50,173 nt of DNA from Chiloscyllium plagiosum (taxonomy: Eukaryota), in NCBI RefSeq assembly GCF_004010195.1, contig NC_057720.1, positions 12,124,276-12,174,448 on the forward strand, written 5' to 3'. The notes under the pieces are model-generated. The model saw nothing but the letters and a program-made list of their open reading frames with translations, searched no databases and was not told where the DNA came from. Shown here piece by piece: positions 10,990 through 23,150 of this stretch (position 1 is the first letter of the stretch; each line of letters opens with the position of its first letter). Both the position numbers and the translations under genes were made by a program.

Positions 10990-11770
10990 ATGATGGCTGG
11001 GTCAGCATTTATTGCCGGCTCCCCAGTTGCCCTTTGAGAATGTGGTGGTGAGCTGCCTTCTTGAACCATTGCAGTCCACGTGGTATAAGTTGACCCATGA
11101 TGCCCTTAAGGAGGGATTTCCAGGATTTTGATCCAGGAACAGCGATATATTTCCATGTCAGGATGGTGAGTGGCTTGGAGGGGAACCTGCAAGTGGTGGT
11201 GTTCCCGTGTACCTGCTGCCCTTGTCCTTCTCGATGGAAGTGGTTGTGGGTTTTGAAGGTGTTGTGAATTTCTGCAGTAGATGGTACGCATTGCTGCTAC
11301 TCAACGTCAGTGGTGCACGGAGTGGATGCTTGTGGATGTGGAGTCAATCAAGTGGACTGCTTTGTCCTGGATGGTGGCAAGTTTCTTGTGTGGGGGGAGT
11401 ATTCCATCACACTCCTGACTTGTGCCTTGTAGATGGTAGGAGAAAGTGAGGACTGCAGATGCTGAAGATCAGAGCTGAAAATGTGTTGCTGGAAAAGTGC
11501 AGCAGGTCAGGCAGCATCCAAGGAGCAGGAGAATCGACGTTTCGGGCATGAGCCCTTCTCCTGAAGAAGGGCTCATGCCCGAAACGTTGATTCTCCTGCT
11601 CCTTGGATGCTGCCTTGTAGATGGTGGACAGGCTTTGGGAGTCAGGCAGTGAGTTACTCACAGCAATATTCCTCACCTCTGACCTACCTCTGCAGCCCCT
11701 GTTTATGTATGATGAGTCCAATTCAGTGTCTGGTCAATGGTAACCCCCCCCGCCAGGATATTGATAGTGT
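10990..11770 (-). mobile_element. CR1/L2-group LINE 3' end (same family as 4310-4858), interrupted by a PLE palindrome
   Basis: Minus strand reads SQSLSTIYKA and QPLPSRRTRAAGTREHH, with the shared tail at about 11000-11030. Confidence 0.7.
11438..11610. mobile_element. Palindromic Penelope-derived insertion with 15-bp TSD
   Basis: TSD tgccttgtagatggt at 11423-11437 and 11611-11625. Hammerhead-like core at 11561-11588. Confidence 0.85.
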
Positions 11771-11774
11771 AAAC

Positions 11775-12190
11775 TAAATGGAAGATCCCTGTTTTGAAAC
11801 TCTCTAGTTCTAGATTCCCCTAACAAAAGGAAACAGCTTCTCAGGATCACCCACCCTGCCAAGGCCCCTCAGAATTGTTAAACGTTTCAATAGAATTGCC
11901 TCTCATTCTTTTGAACTCCAATGAATTTGGGCCCAACCTGCTCAACCTTGCCTCCAAAGACATCTCCGTCATTCCAAGGAATGGCCAAGTTAAGTTATCT
12001 GAACTGCTCCAGTACAAGGATGTCCCTCCCTCTGTTAAGTGACCAAAATTTCATGCAGGATCTAAGATGTGGTTGAAGTAGCAAGTCTTTTTTAATTGTC
12101 TTCTTCATCCATGTCTAATAAAGACCAACATTTGGTTAGCCTCCTTGATTACTTTCTGTGTCTGTATACTGACCTTTTGTGTGACTCATG
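11775..12190 (-). mobile_element. Decayed CR1 ORF2 fragment
   Basis: Similar to the reverse complement of 25870-26190 (ctcattcttttgaactccaatgaa..ctgaactgctcca). Confidence 0.6.
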
Positions 12191-12759
12191 TAAGATGTGG
12201 ACATTGCAAACTGGCGTATGATTTTTGAACCAATGTAATACCGGAAAAATGGCAGCCAATTTGCACACAGTCCCTCAAATGGGTCAATGTCCACATGATT
12301 TATTTGGGTGATGTGCAGGTGTTGGTTGAGGGATAAATATTAGCCAGGGCTCCATGGAACGTTCAAATGCTCTGCTTTGATTTGCGCCAGATTCTTTCAC
12401 ACGTATCAAAGAGACCTCAGATTACTGTCTCTTTCTGTAAGGCTCTCCTGTTAAGATTCACCGATGGTTTATCCTATATCACTGATAACTGAATAGGCCC
12501 TCAGATTCCGTGTAGAAAGAAGATTGGCCTTTTGTGACAGGGTTGGGTACCACAGGCAAGTCCTGCATCATCACACTTGGCAACATTAGTTTGATAAGTT
12601 TCCGATGTAAGTTTCCATTGACCTTTGATTTTTTTTTTTGTTACAGTATGCTATCAGGGTCTGTTTAAAGCATTATTATTTATTTAAAAGAATAGTAAAG
12701 AGTACTGGTGGCAACACTATACCCCCACCAGAAACCACCAGACCTGACATCCAGAGTCC

Positions 12760-13115
12760 AGACTTAATTTGATTATTATTGTTGCATGTACCTAAAACAG
12801 TGAAAAGTTTTGTTTTGCCTGCAGTACAGGCAGATCATAACATACAAAGACAGAAGGATCAGAGGGTGATCGAGCAGAGCGAGGAATACAGCTGCAAAGG
12901 TGCACAAAAAGCAGATCAACATTAAATTTGCAATTTGAGAGGTCCATTCATAAATCTAATAACAGCGGGGAAGAAGCTGTTCTTGAACCTGTTGCTATAT
13001 GTGTTTAAGCTTTTATATCTTCTGCCTGACGGATGGGATTACAACCAGTGTGGGAAGAGTCTTTGATGATGGTTGTCTTTCTGAGGCATCAAGCGGTGTA
13101 AATGGAGTCAATGAT
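12760..13115 (-). mobile_element. Rex1/Babar-clade LINE 3' end
   Basis: Minus strand reads PSGRRYKSLNT..RFKNSFFPAVIR, a characteristic Rex1 C-terminus. Confidence 0.7.
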
Positions 13116-13177
13116 TGGTGAAGACCAAAATCATGTCAACATTTCATATTCAAATAGTTATTTGGTAATATCGAACT

Positions 13178-13495
13178 TGAGTATTGCTTTACAACTACAC
13201 ATATAGTAAACGTTTTTCATTTTGCTCACATCAGGATACAAGAATACAAATTCAAGGAGAAAATCAGCTGTATAAAGTTCAGGATGACGGTCCATTTTAA
13301 TCACCTTTTTTTCTTGTGAGTAATTCCTTCCATGCTGTTCTGATAGGGCAGCAGTACTTCCTTCAAACTTTGACCCAAAGAGTAATATCTTTTATGCTGT
13401 TGCCCCTCCCCCACTTAAATTTACATTCTTTTGAAGCGTCCTGAATGGTGCAAGATGAAAACCTTCAACAAAATGTATTTATTAAGCAATATTCA
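13178..13495. mobile_element. Old fold-back element with about 60-bp imperfect terminal inverted repeats
   Basis: Arm 13178-13239 pairs with 13436-13495. A related left arm lies at about 31605-31650. Confidence 0.55.
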
Positions 13496-13939
13496 GATTC
13501 ACTTAAAGGGCTATTGTGGCACAGTGGTAGTGCCCTCAACTTTGGACCTGAAATCAAGGTTCACGTTCCTCCTGCCCCAAAGGTATGTCTGATTAAAAAT
13601 AATTTTCTTTTCAATATTTGATGAGAAAGGTGGATGAATCATAGCTAGTAAATATAATTTTGAACCAGTACTGAACCCTGTCAGAATAATATGGAAGGGA
13701 CTACTCAAGGAAGAGATGATTAAAGAAAGAGCTAACATTTATCTAGCCTCTTTTACAACCCCTGGGCAACTCAAAGCACTTAACAATCATTGAAGTACTG
13801 TTGAAGTGTAGACGCTGTTACAATGTAGGAAATATAGTAAGCAATATGTACACAGCAAGCAGCCACGAGCAGAAATTCCATGTCCGTGATTTTGGTCAAG
13901 GGATATGAAACCAGCGGGATTTAAAAGCTGAAGATTTCA

Positions 13940-14275
13940 TAGAATCATAGAAACTGCAGTATGGAATCAGGCCATTTGACCCATCGCGTCCACACCACCC
14001 CTCCGAAGAGCAGCCCACCCACACCCACCCCATCCTTGTAACCCAGTATTTCCCATGGCTATTCCACCCACTCTGCACATCCCTGAACATTTGAGCAATT
14101 TAGCGTGGCCAATCCACCTAACCTGCACATCTTCGGACTGTGGGAGGAAACTGGAGCAAACCCACGCAGGCACAGAGAGAATTTGCAAGCGCCACATAGA
14201 CAGTCGCCCAGAAGTAGGATTGAACCCGGGTTCCTGGTGCTGTGAGGTAACAGTGCTAAGCACTGAACGACCATT
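13940..14275 (-). mobile_element. HE1-type V-SINE
   Basis: Reverse complement of the 5297-5645 family. Confidence 0.88.
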
Positions 14276-14351
14276 CCACCCTTTCAGGAGGGCACAGTGA
14301 TGGAGGCCAGGCAGGAATTCTGTCATGTGGAGAGACTCTCACCAAGCAAGA

Positions 14352-14535
14352 GGTCAGAGGTCACACGACACCAGGTTATTGTCCAACAGGTTTATTTGAA
14401 ATCACAAGCATTGCTTCGCCTGACGAAGGGGCTACACTCCGAAAGCTTATGACTTAAATAAACCTGTTGGACTATAACCTGGTGTCATGTGACTTCTGAC
14501 CTTGTCCACCCCAGTCCAACACCGGCACCTCCACA
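14352..14535. mobile_element. Short palindromic Penelope-derived element with hammerhead-like core (14420-14449)
   Basis: Arms ggtcagaggtcacacgacaccaggttattgtccaacaggtttattt and aaataaacctgttggactataacctggtgtcatgtgacttctgacc. Core CTGACGA-a-GGGG-ctaca-CTCC-GAAAGCTT. Other copies at about 38625-38710 and 49011-49212. Confidence 0.7.
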
Positions 14536-15249
14536 GGAAGAAGTCAGAAATAAAAGACACAGATTGATTCCGTCAAACACTCGTTGCTTTGCTGAGAGAG
14601 GGGTGAAGATGCTGTTATAAAAGGCAACATAGCTCATTGCAAGAAAGTTCCAGAAAATTCTGGCGTCAGGAAGAGAGGTGCATCAATGAAGGTCAAGATG
14701 ACTTCCTGAAGGAAATATTTTCACCACAACTGTCTCTGAATATGGGTAGATAACACTGGATTCATTAGCCGCCACACTCTGCTTGATAGCAAGGCAGAGA
14801 GGGGGAGGTGGGGTGTACAGGAGCTGATGAGCACGGAGACTGGTTTGGCATTCGGCCTGGTGCTTTTCTATAAAGGGAAAGTTATTCTTTTCAAAAACAG
14901 GCAGCAGCAGTGGCTGATAGAGACTGTTGAAAGTTGTCAAGTGGTGTGAAGGGAAACAGAGACGCTTGGTAACCAGAGCTGGGTGCCCAGCAGAGGGACT
15001 TTGAGAAGTGGATCTCTGGACAGTTATGAGTGAACTGAGGGTAATGCTTCCTTTTGCTATTAATGCATAGGAACAGCATCTCGGTGAATCCTGGCTTAAG
15101 GGTGGATAAAAAAATTCGGAGTTTTTTTTTGAAAACGCGCTGGAAATAATTTTCTCTTTTTTGTTGTGGGGTGGGGAGAGGGGAGTAGGGAAAGTGGGAA
15201 TAGAGTGACCCCGCCTCCACTTTCAAGATGTGAAGGGAGATGATTGGAA

Positions 15250-15512
15250 CAGCGCCAGGGTCCCAGGTTCGATTCCAGCCTCGGGCAACTGTCTGTAGTT
15301 TGCACATCCTCCACATGTCTGCGTGGGTTTCCACCGGGTGCTCTGGTTTCCTCCCACAGTCCAAAGATGTGCAGGTTAGCTGAATTGCCCATAATGTTAG
15401 GTGCATTAGTCAGAAGGAAATGGGTCTGGGTGGGTTACTCTTCAGAGGGTCGGTGTGGACTGGTTGGGCCGAAGGGCCTGTTTCCATACTGTAGGGAATC
15501 TAATCTAATCTA
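15250..15512 (+). mobile_element. HE1-type V-SINE (5' truncated)
   Basis: B box, V-domain and (atcta)n tail. Confidence 0.85.
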
Positions 15513-16577
15513 AAAATCAACAGAAATAAAACTGAATTGGGAACAAAATGCCTCAGGGTTTTTACAGGGCTTCATGTTGCAACATGTCAACATGTGGTTG
15601 AAAGCCCCACAAATATCATAGAGGTTAGGAGCAGGATTAGGCCATTTAGCCCTACCTCCCCTTATGGACCCTGAACCTCCACATTCCTCCCCACCCCAGC
15701 CCCCCCTAATCTTCAAGCCTCCATTCAACATGGTTGTGACTGGTCTTTTATTTTGACTCTATTTTCTTTTCCACTGGCAAGACTTTGATTCTCTTCATGC
15801 CCAACAATTTATTGATTTCAATCCCAGTCCAGAATGAAGAGTCTCATTTTGTAAATACAAGTGCTTGACTAGAGACCATTCATCAAAGAACACTGTGCCA
15901 ACCTGTGACTGCCACACCTGTGATTTTGTGTTTATAAAATCTTCTGTGTAGTCATCAGACTCTGGATAAATTTGATGATAGATCTTTATTCTTAATGCCA
16001 TATTTTTCCTTTCTTCATTCTTACTGAGAAACAATTCTTTGGATATCACTGCAAAAAAAAAGCTTTTGTTTTTATGTACGTTTGATTGTGGACTGGAATG
16101 GTAAATGGGCTGGTGAAGAAATTGCTGTTCTTCAAATAATAGATTACTGAAACTCACTGTGAGTTGTGTTACACTGCTGCCTTGCATGCAGCGGGGCTGT
16201 GTGAGATAAGACAGCATGGCACCGAGCAATTTTGGGCAGTATCAGGTTTGGCTGGCAACAGACTGCTGATTGGTTTGTACAGTTGTAGCCACTTGTACAT
16301 TTCAGGGGTTATCACCCTGGTGACAGCTCTCTGATTGGATCATGGGCAGCTGAACAGCTGGTGTGTGTGAATGACACAAGGGAGGAAGGTTTCCAGACTG
16401 GAAGAAGCAGAGTCTGTCTGTCTGTATGTGCAGCAAAGTAACTCAAGTCTGAAGACAGTTCTTTATTCTCTCCCTCAGTTTGCTGTTGCTGTAACCAGTA
16501 ACTGTGAAACTGTAGGACAGTGTAAACAACAGAGTGACTCTTCAACAAGTGAGATTAAAGAGCCCCTTTGAGATATT

Positions 16578-17020
16578 GGCAGGGTTTTGCCAGGGTTAGA
16601 GGGTTTGAACTATAGGGAGAGTCTGAATAGGCTGGAGCTATTTTTCCTGGAGCGTCAGAGGCTGAGGGATGACCTTATTGAGGTTTATAAAATTATGAGG
16701 GGCATGGATAGGGTTAACAGACAAGATCCAGAATGAGAGGGCATAGGTTTAGGGTGAGAGGGGAATGATTTAAAAGGGACCTAAGGGACGTTTTCTCTCA
16801 AAGGGTGGTACGTGTATGAAATGAGCTGCCATAGGAAGTGGTGGAGACTGGTACAATTGTAATATTTAAAAGGCATCTGGATGGGTACATGAATAGGAAG
16901 GGTTTAGAAGGATATGGGCCAAGTGCTGGGAAATGGGACTGGATTAATTTAGGATATCTGGCCAGCATGGATAAATTGGACTGAAGGGTTTGTTTCCATG
17001 CTGTACATCTCTATGAGTCT
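16578..17020 (+). mobile_element. CR1 (HER1-like) 3' end
   Basis: LPGLEGLNYRESLNRLELFFLERQRLRDDLIEVYKIMRG plus family tail. Confidence 0.88.
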
Positions 17021-17639
17021 ATATGCAAGGCTGAATTCTTCTGTAGGAGCAAATTACTGCAGCTGCTGGAATCTGTACTGGAAGCAACAAATGCTGGAGA
17101 TCACAGCGGATCAGGCAGCATCCATGGAGAGAGAGAGCAAGCCAATGTTTTGAGTCTAGATGACTCTTCTTCAGAGCTGAATTGGTATAGAGGGGACGGC
17201 AATTACGATTCTGGTGAGGCCGCGATCCTGATGTCGGACTCAATTCCAGGTCAGTTATCTGGATGCGGCCCTGTGGGACATTGATCACAACCTTCCAGAT
17301 GGTGGCCACTTAAGCTGCCTCAGGCTCAGAGGAAGGCTCATTGTGATGTCTGTCCTGTTGGGAAACGTGAGTGCTGCTATGGCAGGAGGTTGTAACAGTG
17401 TCTCAAAATGGAGATGATCTCTACAACTCAGGAGATTAAATTTTGTGCATGACCCAGCAGGTGGTCCATCATTGTGCAGGGTGACCTCTGTAGACGTTAT
17501 CTTGTGGCCAGCTGATGTCAGCGCATCCCAATGTATCTATATTCAAGTGGAGGTATTCATGGGCTTTAAACCAGGAAGTATGAAAGTAGATTTAAATTGG
17601 GCTGAAGGGCCTGTTTCCACACTGTAAGTAATCTAAAAA

Positions 17640-18860
17640 AGAGCCTGCCCATGACAAAGCTGTGTTGACTGTCAAATATTATCTTCTTTTTCTGAGTGTA
17701 TATGTACCATATCCCATATTATGGTCTCGTCAGTTTTCCCTCTATTGATGTCAAACTGACCGGAGTGTAGTTTCCTGGATTATCCTTTGTCCCTTTCTTA
17801 AACAGCGGTGTCACATGTGCAATCCTCCACTGCCCTGGGATTAATCCTGTGCTCTGAGAGGTCTGGAAAATTTCTGTCAATGGTTCTGTAAATTACAGCC
17901 TTCCCGCTCTCAGCAATCTAGGATGTATCCCATCCGGGCCTGGAAACATCTCTACCTGGAGTGCTGCCAGCCTTTTTAGCACCTCTTCTTTATCTCTCAC
18001 TATCCTGCCCAGTTGCTCAACACCCACATTTTTAACTGGGCCATTATCACCATTTTCTAACTTGGTAAAATCAGAAGCAAATTATTCATTTAGTACAACT
18101 GCCACGCCCTTTGGTTTATTGAGCAGTTTACCCTGCTTATTCCCTATGGGCCCCACTCTAGCCTTTGCTAACATTTTGTTGTTAATATGTTTGAAGGACA
18201 GTTTACTGTTTGTTTTAGTATCATTATGCTATCTTTCCTCATACTTCCTCTTAACCTTCCCTCTTCCAGTCTTAGCCTCTCTCCTGCATTTAAGATATTC
18301 TGCTTGATTTCTGTTCCTATTAATAATCAAATATGCATCATTGCCTCCTTTTCTACTTCCTTATTTACTCATCAGTGTCCTTTGCCATCCAGGGCACTCT
18401 AGCTTTGGATACCCCGTATATATTTCTCATGGGTATGTACCTCACTTATACTCCATTCATCTCTTGTTTGAAATTCTCTCACTTTCATCCACTGCTTTAT
18501 TTACCAAATTTCCAAACAACCTGCTCCTGTTTAACTTTTGGACACCGAAAATCAGCCCTTTTCCAGTCTGGGATCTTAATCATTGACTGATTTTTATCTT
18601 TTTCAAACTTAATATTGAACCTTATTGCATTATGATCGCTATTCCTTAAGTATTCACCCACTCTAGTATTCCTTTCATTTCCTGGCACCAGGTCCAGCAC
18701 AGTTCCCTCCCTGGTCAGACTGGAACTGCACTGTTCCAGAACATTTTCCTGTACACATGATAGGAATTTCTCCCCTTCTGTGCTCCACACTCTACCTTTG
18801 TCCCCAGTCTACTTGAGGGTAATTGAAATCACCAATTTGTTCTGCAGATTTCCATAATTT
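17640..18860 (-). mobile_element. Old CR1 ORF2 internal fragment (APE endonuclease C-terminus to RT start)
   Basis: ORF 18497..18790: EGEKFLSCVQEN..TREGTVLDLV..NSDHNAIRF (APE SDH motif). Confidence 0.8.
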
Positions 18861-18877
18861 TTTAAAAATGCAACCAT

Positions 18878-19527
18878 AGGTCATGGATGCTGCTAGCTGG
18901 CCAGCATTTACTGCCTGTCCTAATTGCCCAGAGGGAGTTAAGAGTCAACCACATTACTGTGGGTCTGGAATCACATTAGGCCAAGCCAGGTAGGGGTGGC
19001 AGTTTGGTTTGCTAAAGGATTTAGTGAACCAGATGGATTTTCATGACAATCGACAATGATTTCATGGACATCATTAGACTCTTAATTCCAGATTTTTTTT
19101 TGTAACTGAATTCAAATTCCACCATCTGCCACAATGAGGTCCATCAGCCATGATTGAATGGCGGAGTGGATCAATGGGCCGAATGGCCTTACTTCTACTC
19201 CTATCACCCTCACCTATCAAGCAGAATATCTTAAATGCAGGAGAGAGGCTAAGACTGGAAGAGGGAAGGTTAAGAGGAAGTATGAGGAAAGATAGCATAT
19301 GATACTAAAACAAACAGTAAACTGTTCTTCAAACATATTAACAACAAAATATTAGCAAAGGATAGAGTGGGGCCCATAGGGAATAAGCAGGGTAAACTGC
19401 TCAATAAACCAAAGGGTGTGGCAGTTGTACTAAATGAATAATTTAGTACAACTTGGATCCCCAGTGCATCACCTGGGTCTCTGGATTAGTAGTCTAGTAA
19501 TAATACCACTAGGCCTTCAGTTCCCCC
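18878..19527 (-). mobile_element. MetaSINE-like SINE split by a composite insertion (about 19139-19453)
   Basis: Body and tail at 18878-19138 and tRNA head at 19454-19527 align to the reverse complement of 9041-9385. Confidence 0.7.
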
Positions 19528-19894
19528 AGGCAATCTGCCTACAAATGCTTGCTTCTGCTTTTACTTCTGTGACAGACTGAAACGTCACACGTCTAGTAAA
19601 ATTAAAAAGTTACTCTAATAGAGGTTGTGTTTTAATAATTACACATTTGAATATCCAATCTTGTCAGCAAGGTCTTGTAATGGCATAGTTTGAGGAGCAG
19701 AGATAATGGTTAGGAGTTTCCAGATTTGGAAACTGCCAACTAACTAATTCCATAAAGCAATGAACATTACTAACCTCATTGTAATTCGAAATGCAAAACT
19801 TGCGTCTTGCTTTTAATCTTGCTTTTTGTGCACCTTCTTCCATATGCGTACCATTGTATTCCTCTCTCAGTTCTATTACCCTAATGCACTTGGT

Positions 19895-20710
19895 AGGGTC
19901 TGTCCCCCCAGACGTGATCGACGATGCCCTCCACCGCATCTCCTCCACTTCCCGCTCCTCCGCCCTTGAGCCCCGCCCCTCCAACCGCCACCAGGACAGA
20001 ACCCCACTGGTCCTCACCTACCATCCCACCAACCTCCATATACAGCGTATCATCTGCCGTCATTTCCGCCACCTCAAAACGGACCCCACCACCAGGGATA
20101 TATTTCCCTCCCCTCCNNNNNNNNNNNNNNNNNNNNNNNNNNNNNNNNNNNNNNNNNNNNNNNNNNNNNNNNNNNNNNNNNNNNNNNNNNNNNNNNNNNN
20201 NNNNNNNNNNNNNNNNNNNNNNNNNNNNNNNNNNNNNNNNNNNNNNNNNNNNNNNNNNNNNNNNNNNNNNNNNNNNNNNNNNNNNNNNNNNNNNNNNNCA
20301 TCGCCAGACCATAGCAACACAACGGCTGTAGGAAGAGCGCCTCATCTTCCGCCTAGGAACCCTCCAACCACAAGGGATGAACTCAGATTTCTCCAGTTTC
20401 CTCATTTCCCCTCCCCCCACCTTGTCTCAGTCAAATCCCTCGAACTCAGCACCGCCTTCCTAACCTGCCATCTTCTTCCTGACCTCTCCGCCCCCACACC
20501 CACTCCGGCCTATCACCCTCACCTTGACCTCCTTCCACCTATCGCATTTCTAACACCCTTCCCCCAAGTCCCTCCTCCCTACCTTTTATCTTAGCCTGCT
20601 GGACACACTTTCCTCATTCCTGAAGAAGGGCTCATGCCCAAAACGTCGATTCTCCTGCTCCTTGGATGCTGCCTGACCTGCTGCACTTTTCCAGCAACTA
20701 ATTTTCAGCT
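19895..20710 (+). mobile_element. Penelope-like (Neptune-type) element 3' part, young, spanning the assembly gap
   Basis: ORF 19791..: VPPDVIDDALHRISS..DRTPLVLTYHPTNLHIQRIICRHFRHL..DPTTRDIFP, then EERLIFRLGTLQPQGMNSDF (GIY-YIG C-terminus) and a pLTR like 1-303. Confidence 0.85.
20117..20298. other. Assembly gap (182 N)
   Basis: Run of N characters. Confidence 1.
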
Positions 20711-20789
20711 CTGTACTGCCCGCAAAACAAAACGTCTCACTGTTCCTATGGACATGTGACAGTGTTAATGTTCATCAGTGTGTCCTTTT

Positions 20790-21152
20790 AGAGTCATAGA
20801 GTCATAGAGATGTACAGCATAGAAACAGACCCTTCGGTCCAACTCGTCCATGCTGACCTGATATCCCAACCCAATCTAGTCCCACCTGCCAGCACCTGGT
20901 TCATATCCCTCCAAACCCTCCTATCCATATCCCATCCAAATGCCTTTAAATGTTGCAATTGTACCAGCCTCCACCACATCATCTGGCAGCTCATTCCATA
21001 CACATACCACCCTCTGCGTGAAAAAGTTGCCCCTTAGGTTTCTTTTATATCTTTACCCTCTCACCCTAAATCTATGCCCTCTAGTTTTGGACTCCCCCAC
21101 CCCAGTGAAAAGACTTTGTCTATTTATCCTCCCCATGCCCCTTGTGATTTTG
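20790..21152 (-). mobile_element. CR1 (HER1-like) 3' end
   Basis: Same as 365-925, with (agagtcat)n tail repeat. Confidence 0.88.
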
Positions 21153-22776
21153 TTGAGTTTAAGCCTGCCCAATAGTTGTTCCTCAACAAAGTGACTGAAA
21201 GAACGTGATCATTATATGGTCATTGTCACATTGCTATTTGTGGGAGCTTGCTGTGCACAATTTAGATGCTATGCATCCTACATTGGGACAAGGTCTGTAC
21301 TTCCCTCTATGATGCTTTAGAACAGCCTGGGATTTTCAAAGCTGCTAATGAATGGCAAGCTGTCTTTATATTGTAAATATAAACTCTGGTTGGATATAGT
21401 CCTACTTAACCTTTGAGTCATCGCAAAGATGTGTCGAATGGAAAAATGTTGATGAGACATTAATTTTTTTTACGTGCTGGTGAGATTGCTGTAGAATTTG
21501 CCACAATTTGCATTTTGGGAAGTGGGAGAGGGTCCAACTGCAGCTGGTCTTGGAGTTGATGTAACTGCTGAAGAATGGCAAATTTTGCCAAGGGATACAA
21601 TTGACGTCTATTTCTACTCACTGATCATTCGGCTGCCGTTTCAACACCGAGTGAAGCCCAAAGACAACAACTCGTGTTCAAGCTCCACCATTAAATGGGG
21701 GATCATTACAAAATTCCGCTCGAGTCTGAGTGACAGGTAGATGTGGGACTGAGACTGAGACAGTTCAATGTTGCTCCCTCTCTAACAGCCTTGTAGATGT
21801 CCCTACACATCATAACTGCAGGGGGTCCACCAACACCTTCTCAAGGGCGGTAAGGGATGAGAAATAAATGCTGGCCTAGTCAGTAACACACATGAAGGAA
21901 TGAAGAAAAAAATAAAAATCTGCCTTATGTTGGTTTAGGGATATAAATAGACCATGCTCTGGGGAATAACAGAATTTAGATCGGAGTGGCGCTGGAAAAG
22001 CACAGCAGGTCAGGCAGCATCCAAGGAGCAAGAAAATCAACTTGCATGGAGGGCTTTTGCCCGAAACGCTGATTGTCCTGCTCCTCAGATGCTGCCTGAC
22101 CTGCTGTGCTTTTCCAGCACCACTCTGATCTCAACTCTGCATCTGCAGTCCGCACTTTTGCCCTGTGGGGAATAATAATGCTGTTCTCCACAATAATGCT
22201 ACTGTATCATCTGCGTCCAGATGAGAGGTCAGATGGGCCCTTGATTTAACACCCATTGAAAGGTTAGCACCACTGACAATGCAGCACTCCTTCAGCACTG
22301 TGTTAGCTTGTTGGCTGAGATTATTCTGCCAAGGCCCAAAGTGAGACTTGAACCGATGAGCGTCTGAGTCCAAGAGCTGGAGCCCACTGGAGCAGTTCAC
22401 TTAGCAGGAGGCCAGGTATCGGATTGCCACTGACAGGCCCGTGAGTGGTGAAGTTAGTGGTAGCAGAACTGGACAGCCACCCACTGTAGCAGCAGGAAGC
22501 TCAGTGATGTGCTTTATTGTCCACTTGGATATAATGTAAATGCATCTCCGATATGATTTAATCCTGCCTCCCTGATGTTGTGAAATGCATTCAAGTGACC
22601 TGCACAGTGAAAGTTACAGTTTAACTGAAACTTCCTTCACTCAGTGTGAGGGTCCTTTTCACTTCCAGGAGTGTGAGCAGGTAGTGCAGGATCCAAAGTC
22701 TAAAGGGGCAGTGCACGATAGAGGTGCAATTGGACCATCCCTTACAGCAGCTTCACAAAATGGAGCATAACCTCAT

Positions 22777-23150
22777 TGAGTCATAGAGATGTACAGCACG
22801 GAAACAGAACCTTCAGTCCAACTCGTCCATGCTGACCAGATATCCTAAATTAATCTAGTCCCACTTGCCAGCACTTGGCCTATATCCCTTTAAACCCTTC
22901 CTATTCATGTACCCATCCAGATGTACAATTGTACCAGCCTCCACCACATCCTCTGGCAGCTCGTTCCATACACACACCACCCTCGGCATGAAAAAGGTTC
23001 CTCCTTAGGTCTCTCTTAAATCTCTCCCCTCTCACCCTAGAACTATCCCCTCTCGTTCTGGACAACCCTACCCTGCGGAAATTTCTATTTACCCTATCCA
23101 TGCCCCTCATGATTTTATAAACTTCTATAAGGTCATCCCTCAGCCTCTGA
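22777..23150 (-). mobile_element. CR1 (HER1-like) 3' end
   Basis: QRLRDDLIEVYKIMRGMDRVN in ORF 22901..23236. Confidence 0.88.

Noticed and set aside
14901..15040. Possible exon after ttcttttcaaaaacag ending at gagg|gtaatg
   Set aside because: Stop codons in all three frames and no supporting homology.
15795..16229. 144-aa minus-strand ORF in unique sequence as a nested gene
   Set aside because: No recognisable domain, non-ATG start, and no splice or poly(A) support that I can see.
19791..20594. 267-aa ORF, the longest in the track
   Set aside because: Inflated by the 182-N gap. The readable part is a Penelope-like element fragment.
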